This document shows positions 17,747 through 27,358 of a stretch of 64,000 nucleotides of DNA, piece after piece. The position numbers and the translations under genes were made by a program. Source of the stretch: an uncultured Bdellovibrionales bacterium (GTDB taxonomy: Bacteria; Bdellovibrionota_C; UBA2361; JBGSMV01); the NCBI GenBank assembly GCA_964631745.1, contig CAZVWV010000002.1, forward strand, positions 999 through 64,998. The letters are read 5' to 3'. Numbering within the stretch: the stretch's first letter is position 1; every line of letters begins with the position of its first letter. The notes beneath the pieces were generated by a model. It had not been told where the DNA came from. It saw only the letters and a program-made list of their open reading frames with translations, and did not search any database.

Positions 17747-18626
17747 ATGACAGTGAAAGCGTTTTGCGCGGAGCGCAAGCTCAATTACTATACGTTTAAG
17801 GGCTGGCAGAGAGTGTTTAGCCGAGAGGGAGTAGAGCAGTTTCGCGAGTTGGCACCCACGCCAAATGCGGAGGCTAGCTACGCTGTAGTGTTAGCCAACG
17901 GCCGGGAGCTTAAAGTAAGCGCTGGATTTTCGATTACATCTAGGGGGCCAGGGGAACGGTACCAATTCTGGTCAACCACCGATCCGGTCGGCACTTTTGT
18001 TAGAGCCCATATACGAGGCGCAGCTAGCCTCGGCGCTCAACGAGTTCTTTGAAGCAAAGCAGTATGAACCGGAACTAAGTGATAGGGCGCTGGAGTATAT
18101 CCGCCGACTTTACGATATCGAGGAAGTGGTTAAAGATGCCTCTTTGGAAGAGAGGCTAAAGGCCCGGGACCGACATTCCCGTCCGATAGTGGATGAGTTT
18201 TTTAACTGGCTGCGGGCTGAGCAGCTGACCAAGGCGCTTTTACCATCTAATGCATTTCTCAAAGCTGCCAGTCACGCGCTTCGCGCCGAAGCAGAGCTAC
18301 GCGTATTTTTGGGCGACCCGGCGGTTCCCATCGATAACAACAAGCTTGAACGTACCTTACGACCTATCCCTATGGGGCGCAAAAACTGGATGTTTTGTTG
18401 GACTGAGGTTGGCGCCAAGGTGGTGGCCATAGTGCAATCCTTAGTGGCAGCGTGCCGGTTGCATGGCGTGCGACCGTTCGATTATTTCGTAGACGTGCTG
18501 CAGCGTGTAGACTCCACCCCCATGGCTAAGGTGGCAGAGCTTACGCCACGGCTTTGGGCGGCGGAGTGGAATTCTAAAAAATTGGAAAATTCGCCTGCGC
18601 AATAACGCGCCTCAGTGACCGCTTAC
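17747..18626 (+). mobile_element. IS66-family remnant. A short tnpA-like ORF (17747..18052) is fused or adjacent to the C-terminal ~200 aa of tnpC (17997..18605), ending in the terminal repeat CGCTTAC at 18620..18626. tnpB and the N-terminal half of tnpC are deleted.
   Basis: HTH-like FCAERKLNYYTFKGWQR and ...VVLANGRELKVSAGF resemble IS66 TnpA. 18049..18622 is about 97% identical to the reverse complement of 4590..5163. Confidence 0.75.
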
Positions 18627-18833
18627 ATGCCGTTTGATAGTTTGCATTTATTGTAATCACATTAGTGTAAAACAACTTGGTCTTTCGGATCGCTCTGAGT
18701 CCTTATGCGTTCAACGCTCTGATTTTCAATTGCGCCATTCATACGAATTGACTCTTCAAAAGCTACCGCCGCATCTCATTGCCAAACAGTTTCGCCGACA
18801 ACGTAAGTAAGCGCTTAGTATGAAATTTCTTAC

Positions 18834-20306
18834 CTACATCCCACCCACAGCCACTTCAGCCAGCCGATACAGCCCTGATGGGAACAGCCCAAAATACACG
18901 ACCCCAAAGGCGCAGAGCGCCATTGAGAGCTTTATTAGTGCGTTTGGCCCGATTGAGGATTGGAGGGTGCGGGATTCTTCGTCGCCTTCTATGAAGTACA
19001 TGGCTACGATTACTCGGAGGTAGTAGTAGCAGGAGACGGCGGAGCTTAGGATGCCTAGGATGGCTAGGCCGGGGTAGCCGGCTTTTACTACGGCGCTGAA
19101 GACGTAGACTTTGCCCATTAGGCCGGCCATGCCGGGGGGCAGGCCTGCTAGGGAAAGTAGGAATAGGGTGAAGAGTGCGGCTAGGAGGGGTTGGGTTGTG
19201 CTTAGGCCGTTAAAGCGTGAGAGGTTATCTGCGTGGCGCTCGGATGAGAATCTGCTGCTTATGGCTATTAGGGCGCCGAATGCGCCCATGGTCATTAGGG
19301 TGTAAGAGACTAGGTAATAGAGCGCGCCGGGGCCGCCGCCGAAGTCGTTCGTGGGGGCAAGCAGGGCCATTAGAACGTAGCCTGCGTGGGCTATGCTGGA
19401 ATATGCCAGCATGCGTTTAACACTTCGTTGTCTTAGGGCGATTAGGTTTCCTATTACCATGGTTAGTAGCGCCAGGGTCCAGACTAGGCCGGACCATTGG
19501 GTGAAGTAGGCTCCAAAGCCGGTCCAGATAACTCTGAATGCGGCCGCAAAAGCTGATGCTTTAATGGCGCAGGCCATGAAGGCTGTTACGGGGGTTGGCG
19601 CGCCTTGGTAGACATCGGGCGCCCAGTAGTGAAACGGAACGGCTCCAATTTTGAAGGCCAACCCGATGATTATCAGTCCTAGTCCTATTAGGGAGAGAGT
19701 TTGATCGCCTTTGATAATTAGCTCGCCGATTATGGCTATATCGGTGCTGCCGGTTACTCCGTATAGAATGGCTATACCAAATAAGAGAAAGGCTGAACTA
19801 AAGGAGCCTAGAAAGAAATATTTTAGGGCGGCTTCAGAGGAAACTTTGCGATCGTAGGCGGCCCCGCAAAGGCAGTAGAGCGCCATCGACATAATCTCAA
19901 GCGCCAGGAATAACATAATAAGCTCAGCGGAGGTGGCAAACCAGATCGCACCGGCTGTGGCCATCAGATACAGCGCGTAGTATTCGGCTGTGGACTCTAT
20001 GCCCTCGTCTCTTAACTTATTGAGTCCTAGTAAAATTCCAAAAAGTGATCCGGCTAGAATTAATACCGTTACAAAGAGCGCGTACGGGTCGGCGAATATA
20101 AATCCTTGGAAGATTCGGGAACCGGCTTGAAAGCCGGAGAGGTTAAAGGCGCAAGCGACAAGTGAGAGCACCACTATGTTACCGGCGAAAGCTCCGCGTG
20201 CCCACTCTGCTTTCGAAAATACATCTATCAAGAGAAGCAGCATTGCCCCTATGCAAAGTATGATGGGGGCGGCTCCTAATGAGAGCTCACTTAGTAGCGC
20301 ATTCAT
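18834..20306 (-). CDS. nuoN: NADH-quinone oxidoreductase subunit N
   Basis: 490 aa, 14-TM antiporter-like subunit, last gene of the nuo operon. Confidence 0.9.
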   Translation of the reverse strand: MNALLSELSLGAAPIILCIGAMLLLLIDVFSKAEWARGAFAGNIVVLSLVACAFNLSGFQAGSRIFQGFIFADPYALFVTVLILAGSLFGILLGLNKLRDEGIESTAEYYALYLMATAGAIWFATSAELIMLFLALEIMSMALYCLCGAAYDRKVSSEAALKYFFLGSFSSAFLLFGIAILYGVTGSTDIAIIGELIIKGDQTLSLIGLGLIIIGLAFKIGAVPFHYWAPDVYQGAPTPVTAFMACAIKASAFAAAFRVIWTGFGAYFTQWSGLVWTLALLTMVIGNLIALRQRSVKRMLAYSSIAHAGYVLMALLAPTNDFGGGPGALYYLVSYTLMTMGAFGALIAISSRFSSERHADNLSRFNGLSTTQPLLAALFTLFLLSLAGLPPGMAGLMGKVYVFSAVVKAGYPGLAILGILSSAVSCYYYLRVIVAMYFIEGDEESRTLQSSIGPNALIKLSMALCAFGVVYFGLFPSGLYRLAEVAVGGM

Positions 20307-20307
20307 C

Positions 20308-21912
20308 TTAAATACCCCTCAATGAAAGTTTTTGTTGCTGAATGATAGCACTCACGTCTACGTTCGATTGGCGCTCGGCGTACCGCTTCTCGCCACTTTG
20401 GACCAACATTACCCGGCGCGCCTCGACTGATGAAATATAGGCGCTGATTGTGGGCTCCATGCGCGCGAAAAATGGCCCGGGGAAGAGTCCCATAACGAAG
20501 ACCAAGACAAGCAGCGGGGCGAAAAAGGCCAGTTCCGTGGGCGTCACGTCTTTCAAGTCACCGTTTTTCTTCTCATCAATCTCGCCGTACATGGTGCGCA
20601 TATAAAGGGTAAGCATATAAATAGCGCCAAGCACCACACCGGCGCAGGCTATGATTGTAAGCACTGGCAGTGTCTTAAAACTTCCGATAAGAATTGCAAA
20701 TTCCCCTACGAAGCCATTGGTGAGCGGCAGGGCGATGGAGCTTAAGGTAAATACTAAGAAAAGGAATGCAAAAATCGGGATGCGAGATGCCAGTCCACCG
20801 TATTCGGAGATCTCTCTGGTGTGGCGGCGATCGTATAGCACTCCGACTAAGAGGAAGAGCGCGCCGGTTGAGATGCCGTGGTTTAACATCTGATAGATTG
20901 AACCAGCGGTGGAGACCACGTTAAAGGCCACAAAACCAAGCACACAGTACCCAAGATGCGAAACAGAAGAATATGCCACAAGTTTTTTGATGTCGTGCTG
21001 GGCCCAGGCCACTAGCGCGCCAAATACCACGCCGATAACGGCGAGTGTTCCGATGTATGGCGCATAGACTTCAGCAGCCCGCGGGAAGAGCGGATAAGCA
21101 AAGCGGATAAATCCGTACAGGCCCATCTTTAATAGAACCCCCGCCAGCACAACCGAGCCGCCCGTGGGGGCTTCAACGTGCGCGTCCGGAAGCCAGGTGT
21201 GGAACGGAAATATGGGGACCTTAATTCCAAAGGCCAAGGCGAAGGCGCCAAAGAGCCAGAGCTCTTCTTTTAAGGTTAGGTTTGAACTTAGAAGAAGTTT
21301 TTCTAAATCAAATGTTAGCTGCCCATTCGAAGCCTCGTAGTACTTCCAGACGGTGTACATCAGAGCTACCAACATCAGCACTGAGCCAAAGACTGTATAA
21401 AGCACAAACTTCAAAGTGGCGTATATTTTTCGTTTGCCTCCCCAAACCCCGATGATGAAATACATGGGGGCCAGCATCAGCTCCCAAAATACGTAGAACA
21501 GGAACATATCTAGGGCTAAAAGCGTGCCGAGCATGGCGGTCTCAAGCACTAACATACTGGCGAGATAGCCACGCACCTTTTTCTCAACTGAACCGGAGGC
21601 CATTACGATGAGCGGCATTAGAAAAGTCGTGAGAAGCACTAAGAAGATACTGATGCCGTCAACTCCGAGCGCATACCCGATTCCAAAACCGGGGATCCAT
21701 TCTTTGCGCTCAACTAACTGGTATGTCGAAAGCGCGCCGTCAAATTGGCGCAGCACCAGGAGCGATACAAAGAATGTAAACAGCGTGGCAGTCAGCGCCA
21801 CGGCTCTAACACTCTTACCGTCGCGGTCGCAGCTTGGCCCGCAAAAAGGAAGCAGGTAGAGCGCCAGCGCCCCAAGCAGCGGAGTAAAAATTGTCCAGGA
21901 GAGAAGTCCCAT
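20308..21912 (-). CDS. nuoM: NADH-quinone oxidoreductase subunit M
   Basis: 534 aa antiporter-like subunit with conserved FPFHTWLPDAH. Confidence 0.9.
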   Translation of the reverse strand: MGLLSWTIFTPLLGALALYLLPFCGPSCDRDGKSVRAVALTATLFTFFVSLLVLRQFDGALSTYQLVERKEWIPGFGIGYALGVDGISIFLVLLTTFLMPLIVMASGSVEKKVRGYLASMLVLETAMLGTLLALDMFLFYVFWELMLAPMYFIIGVWGGKRKIYATLKFVLYTVFGSVLMLVALMYTVWKYYEASNGQLTFDLEKLLLSSNLTLKEELWLFGAFALAFGIKVPIFPFHTWLPDAHVEAPTGGSVVLAGVLLKMGLYGFIRFAYPLFPRAAEVYAPYIGTLAVIGVVFGALVAWAQHDIKKLVAYSSVSHLGYCVLGFVAFNVVSTAGSIYQMLNHGISTGALFLLVGVLYDRRHTREISEYGGLASRIPIFAFLFLVFTLSSIALPLTNGFVGEFAILIGSFKTLPVLTIIACAGVVLGAIYMLTLYMRTMYGEIDEKKNGDLKDVTPTELAFFAPLLVLVFVMGLFPGPFFARMEPTISAYISSVEARRVMLVQSGEKRYAERQSNVDVSAIIQQQKLSLRGI

Positions 21913-21918
21913 ATCTTC

Positions 21919-23805
21919 CTACAGTACTAAATAAAACAGCACAAAAAACACCGTGAAAGCAAAAATGCTGAGCGTGTAAAAACGGAGCTGGCCGGTGTTA
22001 GTTACTTGGCGAACTTCGCCGGAGATATCTATAAACTGCGCTGAGCCGTTTACTATTCCATCAATCAGCCCCTGGTCGATAATCTTCCAGAGAAATTTTG
22101 CGAAACCTTCAAGGGGCCGCACAATTAGGGAGCCATAAATCTCATCGAGGTAATATTTGTGCGAGAAGAGATTCCCAATTGGGTAAAGGGCGTTGTAGAT
22201 CTTTGCGGGCAGGCTCTTAAGTTGGGTATATAACACTAAGCCAAGTGCCAGCCCGAGCAAGCCGATCCAGGAATGCATTATGGCTTCAAGTATGCTCTCT
22301 GAATGGTGGGCGATCTGGCCCAAGGGAATAATATTTGCCAGGTAGTGTTCCAGTGAATATGCATGAGTTTGAAGCACTAGCCCGCCGAAGGCTCCGAGTA
22401 TCGCCAACACAATTAGAGGTACTGTCATGGCCCAAGGGGATTCATGCGGGTGCGCGTGTCCTCGGTAGCTTCCAAGAAAGGTCATTGCAAATGAGCGCGT
22501 CATATAAAATGCCGTGAGGAAGGCTGTGAAATTTACGAGCATTAAGATTGAGCCCATGGCGCTCGCTAGAATAGGATTGTGGGCGTGTTCAAGCGCCGCC
22601 AAAATTGCATGCTTCGATTGATACCCCGAAAAGAAAAATATTCCTGCGATCGCCAGAACTGACACGCCATAAGTAGCGCAGGTGATGGGCATCTTTTTCC
22701 AAAGTCCGCCCATATGGCGCATGTCCTGTTCGTGATGACAGCCGTGGATTACCGATCCGGCCCCTAGGAAGAGGCAGGCCTTAAAGAATGCATGTGTTAC
22801 CACATGAAAAATCGCCACCCAATATGCGCCGACCGCCGCTGCCATAAACATAAATCCAAGCTGGCTTACGGTTGAGTAGGCCAGCACTTTCTTAATGTCG
22901 TTCTGGGCTAAGGCTGTTGTGGCGGCAACGAATGCGGTAGAGACAGCCACTATCAAAATCACCGCGCCAGCTACTTCCGAAAGCGCGAAGATAAAATTAA
23001 GGCGCGCTAGCATATATACACCGGCGGTCACCATAGTAGCGGCGTGAATCAGGGCGGATACCGGCGTTGGCCCGGCCATGGCATCGGGCAGCCACACAAA
23101 TAAGGGTATCTGGGCGCTTTTGCCGCAGGCGCCCACAAAGAGGCAGAGTGCTACGGTTGTAAAAAACGGTGTAGCCAAGCCACTTAGGTTGACCGCTTCT
23201 TGGAGTTCGCGAAAATCCAGAGTGCCGAACTGACTCCAAAGTATAAATACGCCAAACAGGAATCCCGCGTCGCCGATTCGATTAACGACGAAGGCTTTGC
23301 GCCCGGCGGCAGCGTAGCTAATGTTTTTAAACCAAAAGCCAATCAGTAGGTACGAGCAGAGCCCCACCCCTTCCCAGCCGACAAAGAGCACTAAGAGGTT
23401 AGCGCCTAGCACCAGGCAGAGCATCGCAAACATAAAGAGATTCAGATACGAAAAGAATCTGTGCACGGACGGGTCTTCCGCCATGTAGGCTGTGGAATAC
23501 AGGTGGATTAAACTTCCCACGCCCGTGACTACCAAACACATTACGGCTGAGAGTTGATCCAGACGCAGAGTAAAGTTTGCCGAGAGGCCGCCGATGTTAA
23601 TCCAGTTAAAGAGCGTTTGCTCAAATACTCCATCTTCCGGGAGGAGCAACACCTGTTTAACGGTCCAAAAGAACGCCAGAAACGATGCGGCCGTTGCAAT
23701 GATCCCGGCAATTTTATGCTGCTGTCTTCCCACTATGAAGGCTAACAGCGAGCCAACCAGCGGTAAAAGCGGTATTAGTCCAAGCTGTGCTGAAACTGGT
23801 GTCAT
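21919..23805 (-). CDS. nuoL: NADH-quinone oxidoreductase subunit L
   Basis: 628 aa, with the long C-terminal amphipathic helix extension typical of NuoL. WLPDAMAGPTPVSALIHAATMV. Confidence 0.9.
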   Translation of the reverse strand: MTPVSAQLGLIPLLPLVGSLLAFIVGRQQHKIAGIIATAASFLAFFWTVKQVLLLPEDGVFEQTLFNWINIGGLSANFTLRLDQLSAVMCLVVTGVGSLIHLYSTAYMAEDPSVHRFFSYLNLFMFAMLCLVLGANLLVLFVGWEGVGLCSYLLIGFWFKNISYAAAGRKAFVVNRIGDAGFLFGVFILWSQFGTLDFRELQEAVNLSGLATPFFTTVALCLFVGACGKSAQIPLFVWLPDAMAGPTPVSALIHAATMVTAGVYMLARLNFIFALSEVAGAVILIVAVSTAFVAATTALAQNDIKKVLAYSTVSQLGFMFMAAAVGAYWVAIFHVVTHAFFKACLFLGAGSVIHGCHHEQDMRHMGGLWKKMPITCATYGVSVLAIAGIFFFSGYQSKHAILAALEHAHNPILASAMGSILMLVNFTAFLTAFYMTRSFAMTFLGSYRGHAHPHESPWAMTVPLIVLAILGAFGGLVLQTHAYSLEHYLANIIPLGQIAHHSESILEAIMHSWIGLLGLALGLVLYTQLKSLPAKIYNALYPIGNLFSHKYYLDEIYGSLIVRPLEGFAKFLWKIIDQGLIDGIVNGSAQFIDISGEVRQVTNTGQLRFYTLSIFAFTVFFVLFYLVL

Positions 23806-23810
23806 ATTTA

Positions 23811-24113
23811 TTATAGCTTTAGCTCCGTAGCGCTTGAAGTCTCAATGCTCTGATTATTTCTAAACAATGAAAGAATTATAGCCAAGCCAACAGCCGCCTC
23901 GGCCGCGGCCACTACCATCACAAAGAATACAGCCATCTGGCCGGTTAGGTTGCCGTGCATTCTTGAAAAGGCCACAAAAACCAGGTTGACGGCGTTTAGC
24001 ATCAGCTCTAAGCACATGAACACCACAATCGCGTTGCGCCGCACAATCACGCCTATGGCGCCGATGGTGAACATGATCGTGGCCAAAACTAAATATTGTG
24101 TTACCGGTACCAC
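23811..24113 (-). CDS. nuoK: NADH-quinone oxidoreductase subunit K
   Basis: 100 aa, 3 TM helices. [18 protein letters not shown]. Confidence 0.9.
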   Translation of the reverse strand: MVPVTQYLVLATIMFTIGAIGVIVRRNAIVVFMCLELMLNAVNLVFVAFSRMHGNLTGQMAVFFVMVVAAAEAAVGLAIILSLFRNNQSIETSSATELKL

Positions 24114-24115
24114 AA

Positions 24116-24613
24116 TTAGCGCTCCCTGTATTTTCGTTTAGACAACATTATCGCCCCTACTACCGCCACCATAATCAGCACGGAAGCAGCCTCGAAGGGG
24201 AAGACGTACTTGGTGTAAAGCTCCCGGCCCATGGCTGCTACGCTGCCTTGTAGCGCCGCGCTTGGCATGGCCGTGGTGATTCCGAACTCAAAGTGCTGGC
24301 CTACAGTAAATAAGAATATAATTCCTAGGAAAACTGCCGCCAAAAAATACGGGATATTAATGGCATTACCCAGCGGTTCAATCTTTACGTTTAAAAGCAT
24401 TAGCACGAACATCACAAGCACCATGATGGCGCCTGCGTAAACTATGATTTGCACGACTGCCAAAAAATGTGCGTCCAAAGTCGCAAAGAGCGCTGCTACT
24501 GTCACAAGATTTAGCACTAATGATAAGCCGCTATAGATCGGGTTTTTAAAAGCCACGACCATCACGGCGGTCACAATCAGCACAATCGATAAGAGGTAAA
24601 ATCCAATTTCCAT
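24116..24613 (-). CDS. nuoJ: NADH-quinone oxidoreductase subunit J
   Basis: 165 aa membrane subunit. It lies 4 nt downstream of nuoH, with no nuoI between them. Confidence 0.85.
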   Translation of the reverse strand: MEIGFYLLSIVLIVTAVMVVAFKNPIYSGLSLVLNLVTVAALFATLDAHFLAVVQIIVYAGAIMVLVMFVLMLLNVKIEPLGNAINIPYFLAAVFLGIIFLFTVGQHFEFGITTAMPSAALQGSVAAMGRELYTKYVFPFEAASVLIMVAVVGAIMLSKRKYRER

Positions 24614-24617
24614 ATCA

Positions 24618-25709
24618 CTAAACCGTGGGTAGTACTCCCAAAAGCTTTAGCGCGCCGTAAAGCATCAGATTGACCAAACTAAGCGGCAAAAGAATCTTCC
24701 AACCTAAATTCATAAGTTGATCGAAGCGAAATCTTGGGAGTGTCCAACGGATAACTATTTGTAGAACGCAAAAGAAGATTACTTTGGTCATTAAGATTGC
24801 AAAGCCAACCAGCGCGCCGAGCCAACTTCCGGCCGCGAAGGTGAGAAATGGAAGGTGCCAGCCGCCGAAGAAAAGCACTGTGATCAAGAACGAGAAGAGC
24901 GCAATTTCGCCGAATTCGCCTAACCAAAAGAGCAAAAACTTCATGCCTGAGTATTCAGTGAAGTATCCGGCCGCAAGCTCCGACTCGCTCTCGGGAAGGT
25001 CAAAGGGGGCGCGCTTGGTCTCGGCCATGCCGACTGTAAAGAGAATGAGAAAGGTAAGCGGCTGATAGAAGACGCCCCACAAACTCGACTGAGCATCGAC
25101 CATCTTATAGAGATCCAGGGTGCCATAAACCACGATGGTGGTTACAAAGGCGATGCCCATAGCGAGTTCGTATGAGATCATTTGAGCGGCGGCGCGCAGG
25201 CCTCCAAGTAGAGAAAACTTATTGTTGCCGGTCCAGCCCGCCAAGGCCACGCCGTATACCGAAATTGAGCCCATGGCGAACAGGAACAACACGCCCGCGT
25301 CAATTGGCGCAATCTGGGTGGTGATTTGGTAGCCAAAGAGTTCGAAGTTGGGCGCCATGGGCATGACCGCATACGCCACAAAAATCGGGAAGACCGCTAA
25401 GAAGGGACCTAAGCAATGCACGAAATTAGAAACGCCTTCCGGTATGAAATCCTCTTTCATTATGGCTTTGACGGCATCGTTCACTAAGGTGTTAATAATG
25501 CCGAGGCCGCCCATGATACGGATAAAGAAAAAGAGGGGCTTTAGAATAAAGATATCAGTTTCGATGTAAGCGGCTGCGCGGTTTGCGCCGATTCGATCTT
25601 GAATTAACGCTGAGCCCTTACGCTCAATCCAGGTGCAAAATGCCGCAAGGTGCAGTGCCACTATAAAAAGCACGAAGATAACTTTAACGATGAGTATTAC
25701 TAGCTCCAT
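24618..25709 (-). CDS. nuoH: NADH-quinone oxidoreductase subunit H
   Basis: 363 aa, ND1 family. RAPFDLPESESELAAGYFTEYSGMKF. Confidence 0.9.
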   Translation of the reverse strand: MELVILIVKVIFVLFIVALHLAAFCTWIERKGSALIQDRIGANRAAAYIETDIFILKPLFFFIRIMGGLGIINTLVNDAVKAIMKEDFIPEGVSNFVHCLGPFLAVFPIFVAYAVMPMAPNFELFGYQITTQIAPIDAGVLFLFAMGSISVYGVALAGWTGNNKFSLLGGLRAAAQMISYELAMGIAFVTTIVVYGTLDLYKMVDAQSSLWGVFYQPLTFLILFTVGMAETKRAPFDLPESESELAAGYFTEYSGMKFLLFWLGEFGEIALFSFLITVLFFGGWHLPFLTFAAGSWLGALVGFAILMTKVIFFCVLQIVIRWTLPRFRFDQLMNLGWKILLPLSLVNLMLYGALKLLGVLPTV

Positions 25710-27358
25710 GCGGCGGCTCCCTCAGAAGCGCTGGAATTCGCGCCGGGTTTGTAAGTGTTGAGGCATACTCCGCCGTTTTTAATATTGCGTATGGTTAAGC
25801 CTGCCAGCGCCGGAGTGTTTCGGAGAAGCTCTAGCGTTAACTCTCTATCATTTTGCGGCTGCGCCAACTTGGCGCCGGCGCGCTCTGACAACCGGCAAAG
25901 TATGCGCCAGTCCGGCTCAGAGCCTTCCGGAAAGTCTCTAACTTTGTCGGTGTATTGGAGCCGCATCTTCTGATTTACTAGCAATCCGGATTTTTCGAGG
26001 ATGCTGCGGGAAGGGAAAGTGACCTTCGCCTCTGAAGCCAAAACTGATTTGGCATCCATAACTAACGCTACGCTTTGATCCAGTTTGGAGATAACATTTT
26101 TTAAATCCGGCAGATCGTTTGGGAGGACCGATCGATCCCCGACAAAAAGCGCAGACTTGAATTGGCCGTTTTTCAGATTTGAAATGGCTTCGCGGTAACT
26201 CTGCCCGGGAGTACCAGTTTCTAGACCAGCAAACTCTGCACCTCTAAAATTGGCGGCGTAATCGGGGCTGACAAGAATTTTTTCGACTGCGCTCAGTTCC
26301 CGTTCAGAGTAAGCCACTACAACCTTATAGTTCTTTACTGCTTTTTCTAGGAACTGTTTTAAGATCCAATATTCCTCAAGCAGAAGATCTGGCGAAGCGA
26401 AACAGACAAGCGGTAAGTGCTGTGTCAATTTCTGAGCTTCAGCCAGGGCCTGGTCCCAAGAGGTCTCATGGCCATGCAAACGCGGGGCAGTTAATCTATC
26501 TTTTGGAAGAAAGCGCTCAAAGCCGTACCGCCCTTCGTCGCAAAGCCACTCTTTGTTGACATGCGCGTTGTAACGGGCCTTCACCGTTACAATCTCTCCG
26601 TCTCGCTCGGCCACTTTGACGTTACATCCGGTTGAACAACCGGGGCAAATTGCATCAGTCTGCTTGGTAAACCAAATTCTAGTGTTGAAGCGCCAATCGC
26701 GGTGCGTGAGCGCTCCCACAGGGCATAAATCTACAACCGTACCCGAAAGCGCGTTGTCGAGGGGTTTATCGGGATTTACGGTAATCATGGATCGGTCGCC
26801 GCGGTTTATCATGCCGATCTCATGCGTCTCGGTAATTTCGTCGCAAAAGCGCACGCAGCGTGTGCACATAATGCAGCGCTCGCCGTCTAAGATAACGTGG
26901 GGGCCAAGCTCTTCGGCTTTGACTTTATGCACCTTCTCTTCCATGAAGCGGCTGGGGTTGGCGTTGTATTCGAAGTGATAATCTTGAAGCTTACAGTGCC
27001 CGGCCTGGTCGCAAACAGTGCAGTCCAGCGGATGATTAATCAGAATCATCTCCAAGGTACTTTCCTGTGCGGCCTTTACTTCAGGGCTAGTGTGATGCGT
27101 GGAAACTTTCATGCCTTCGGTAACCTGTGCGTGGCAGGCAACTGCGAGCTTTGGCGCACCTTCGACTTTGACTTGGCACATGCGGCAATTGGCGGGCACG
27201 GAGAGATCCTGGTGGTAACAATAATAAGGGATGTCTATACTGGCGGCTGCGGCGGCCTTAATAATATTAGAGCCCTTTGTAACGCTTACGCTTTTCCCAT
27301 CGATCGTGAGCGTCACCATTTCGGGAGCTTTGCCGGAGCCGTTGCCGTTACCACTCAT
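25700..27358 (-). CDS. nuoG: NADH-quinone oxidoreductase subunit G (75-kDa subunit, short form)
   Basis: 552 aa. N-terminal 2Fe-2S (CRMCQV), a His-ligated 4Fe-4S (HPLDCTVCDQAGHC), CIMCTRCVRFC, and a truncated molybdopterin-like domain. Confidence 0.85.
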   Translation of the reverse strand: MSGNGNGSGKAPEMVTLTIDGKSVSVTKGSNIIKAAAAASIDIPYYCYHQDLSVPANCRMCQVKVEGAPKLAVACHAQVTEGMKVSTHHTSPEVKAAQESTLEMILINHPLDCTVCDQAGHCKLQDYHFEYNANPSRFMEEKVHKVKAEELGPHVILDGERCIMCTRCVRFCDEITETHEIGMINRGDRSMITVNPDKPLDNALSGTVVDLCPVGALTHRDWRFNTRIWFTKQTDAICPGCSTGCNVKVAERDGEIVTVKARYNAHVNKEWLCDEGRYGFERFLPKDRLTAPRLHGHETSWDQALAEAQKLTQHLPLVCFASPDLLLEEYWILKQFLEKAVKNYKVVVAYSERELSAVEKILVSPDYAANFRGAEFAGLETGTPGQSYREAISNLKNGQFKSALFVGDRSVLPNDLPDLKNVISKLDQSVALVMDAKSVLASEAKVTFPSRSILEKSGLLVNQKMRLQYTDKVRDFPEGSEPDWRILCRLSERAGAKLAQPQNDRELTLELLRNTPALAGLTIRNIKNGGVCLNTYKPGANSSASEGAAAWS

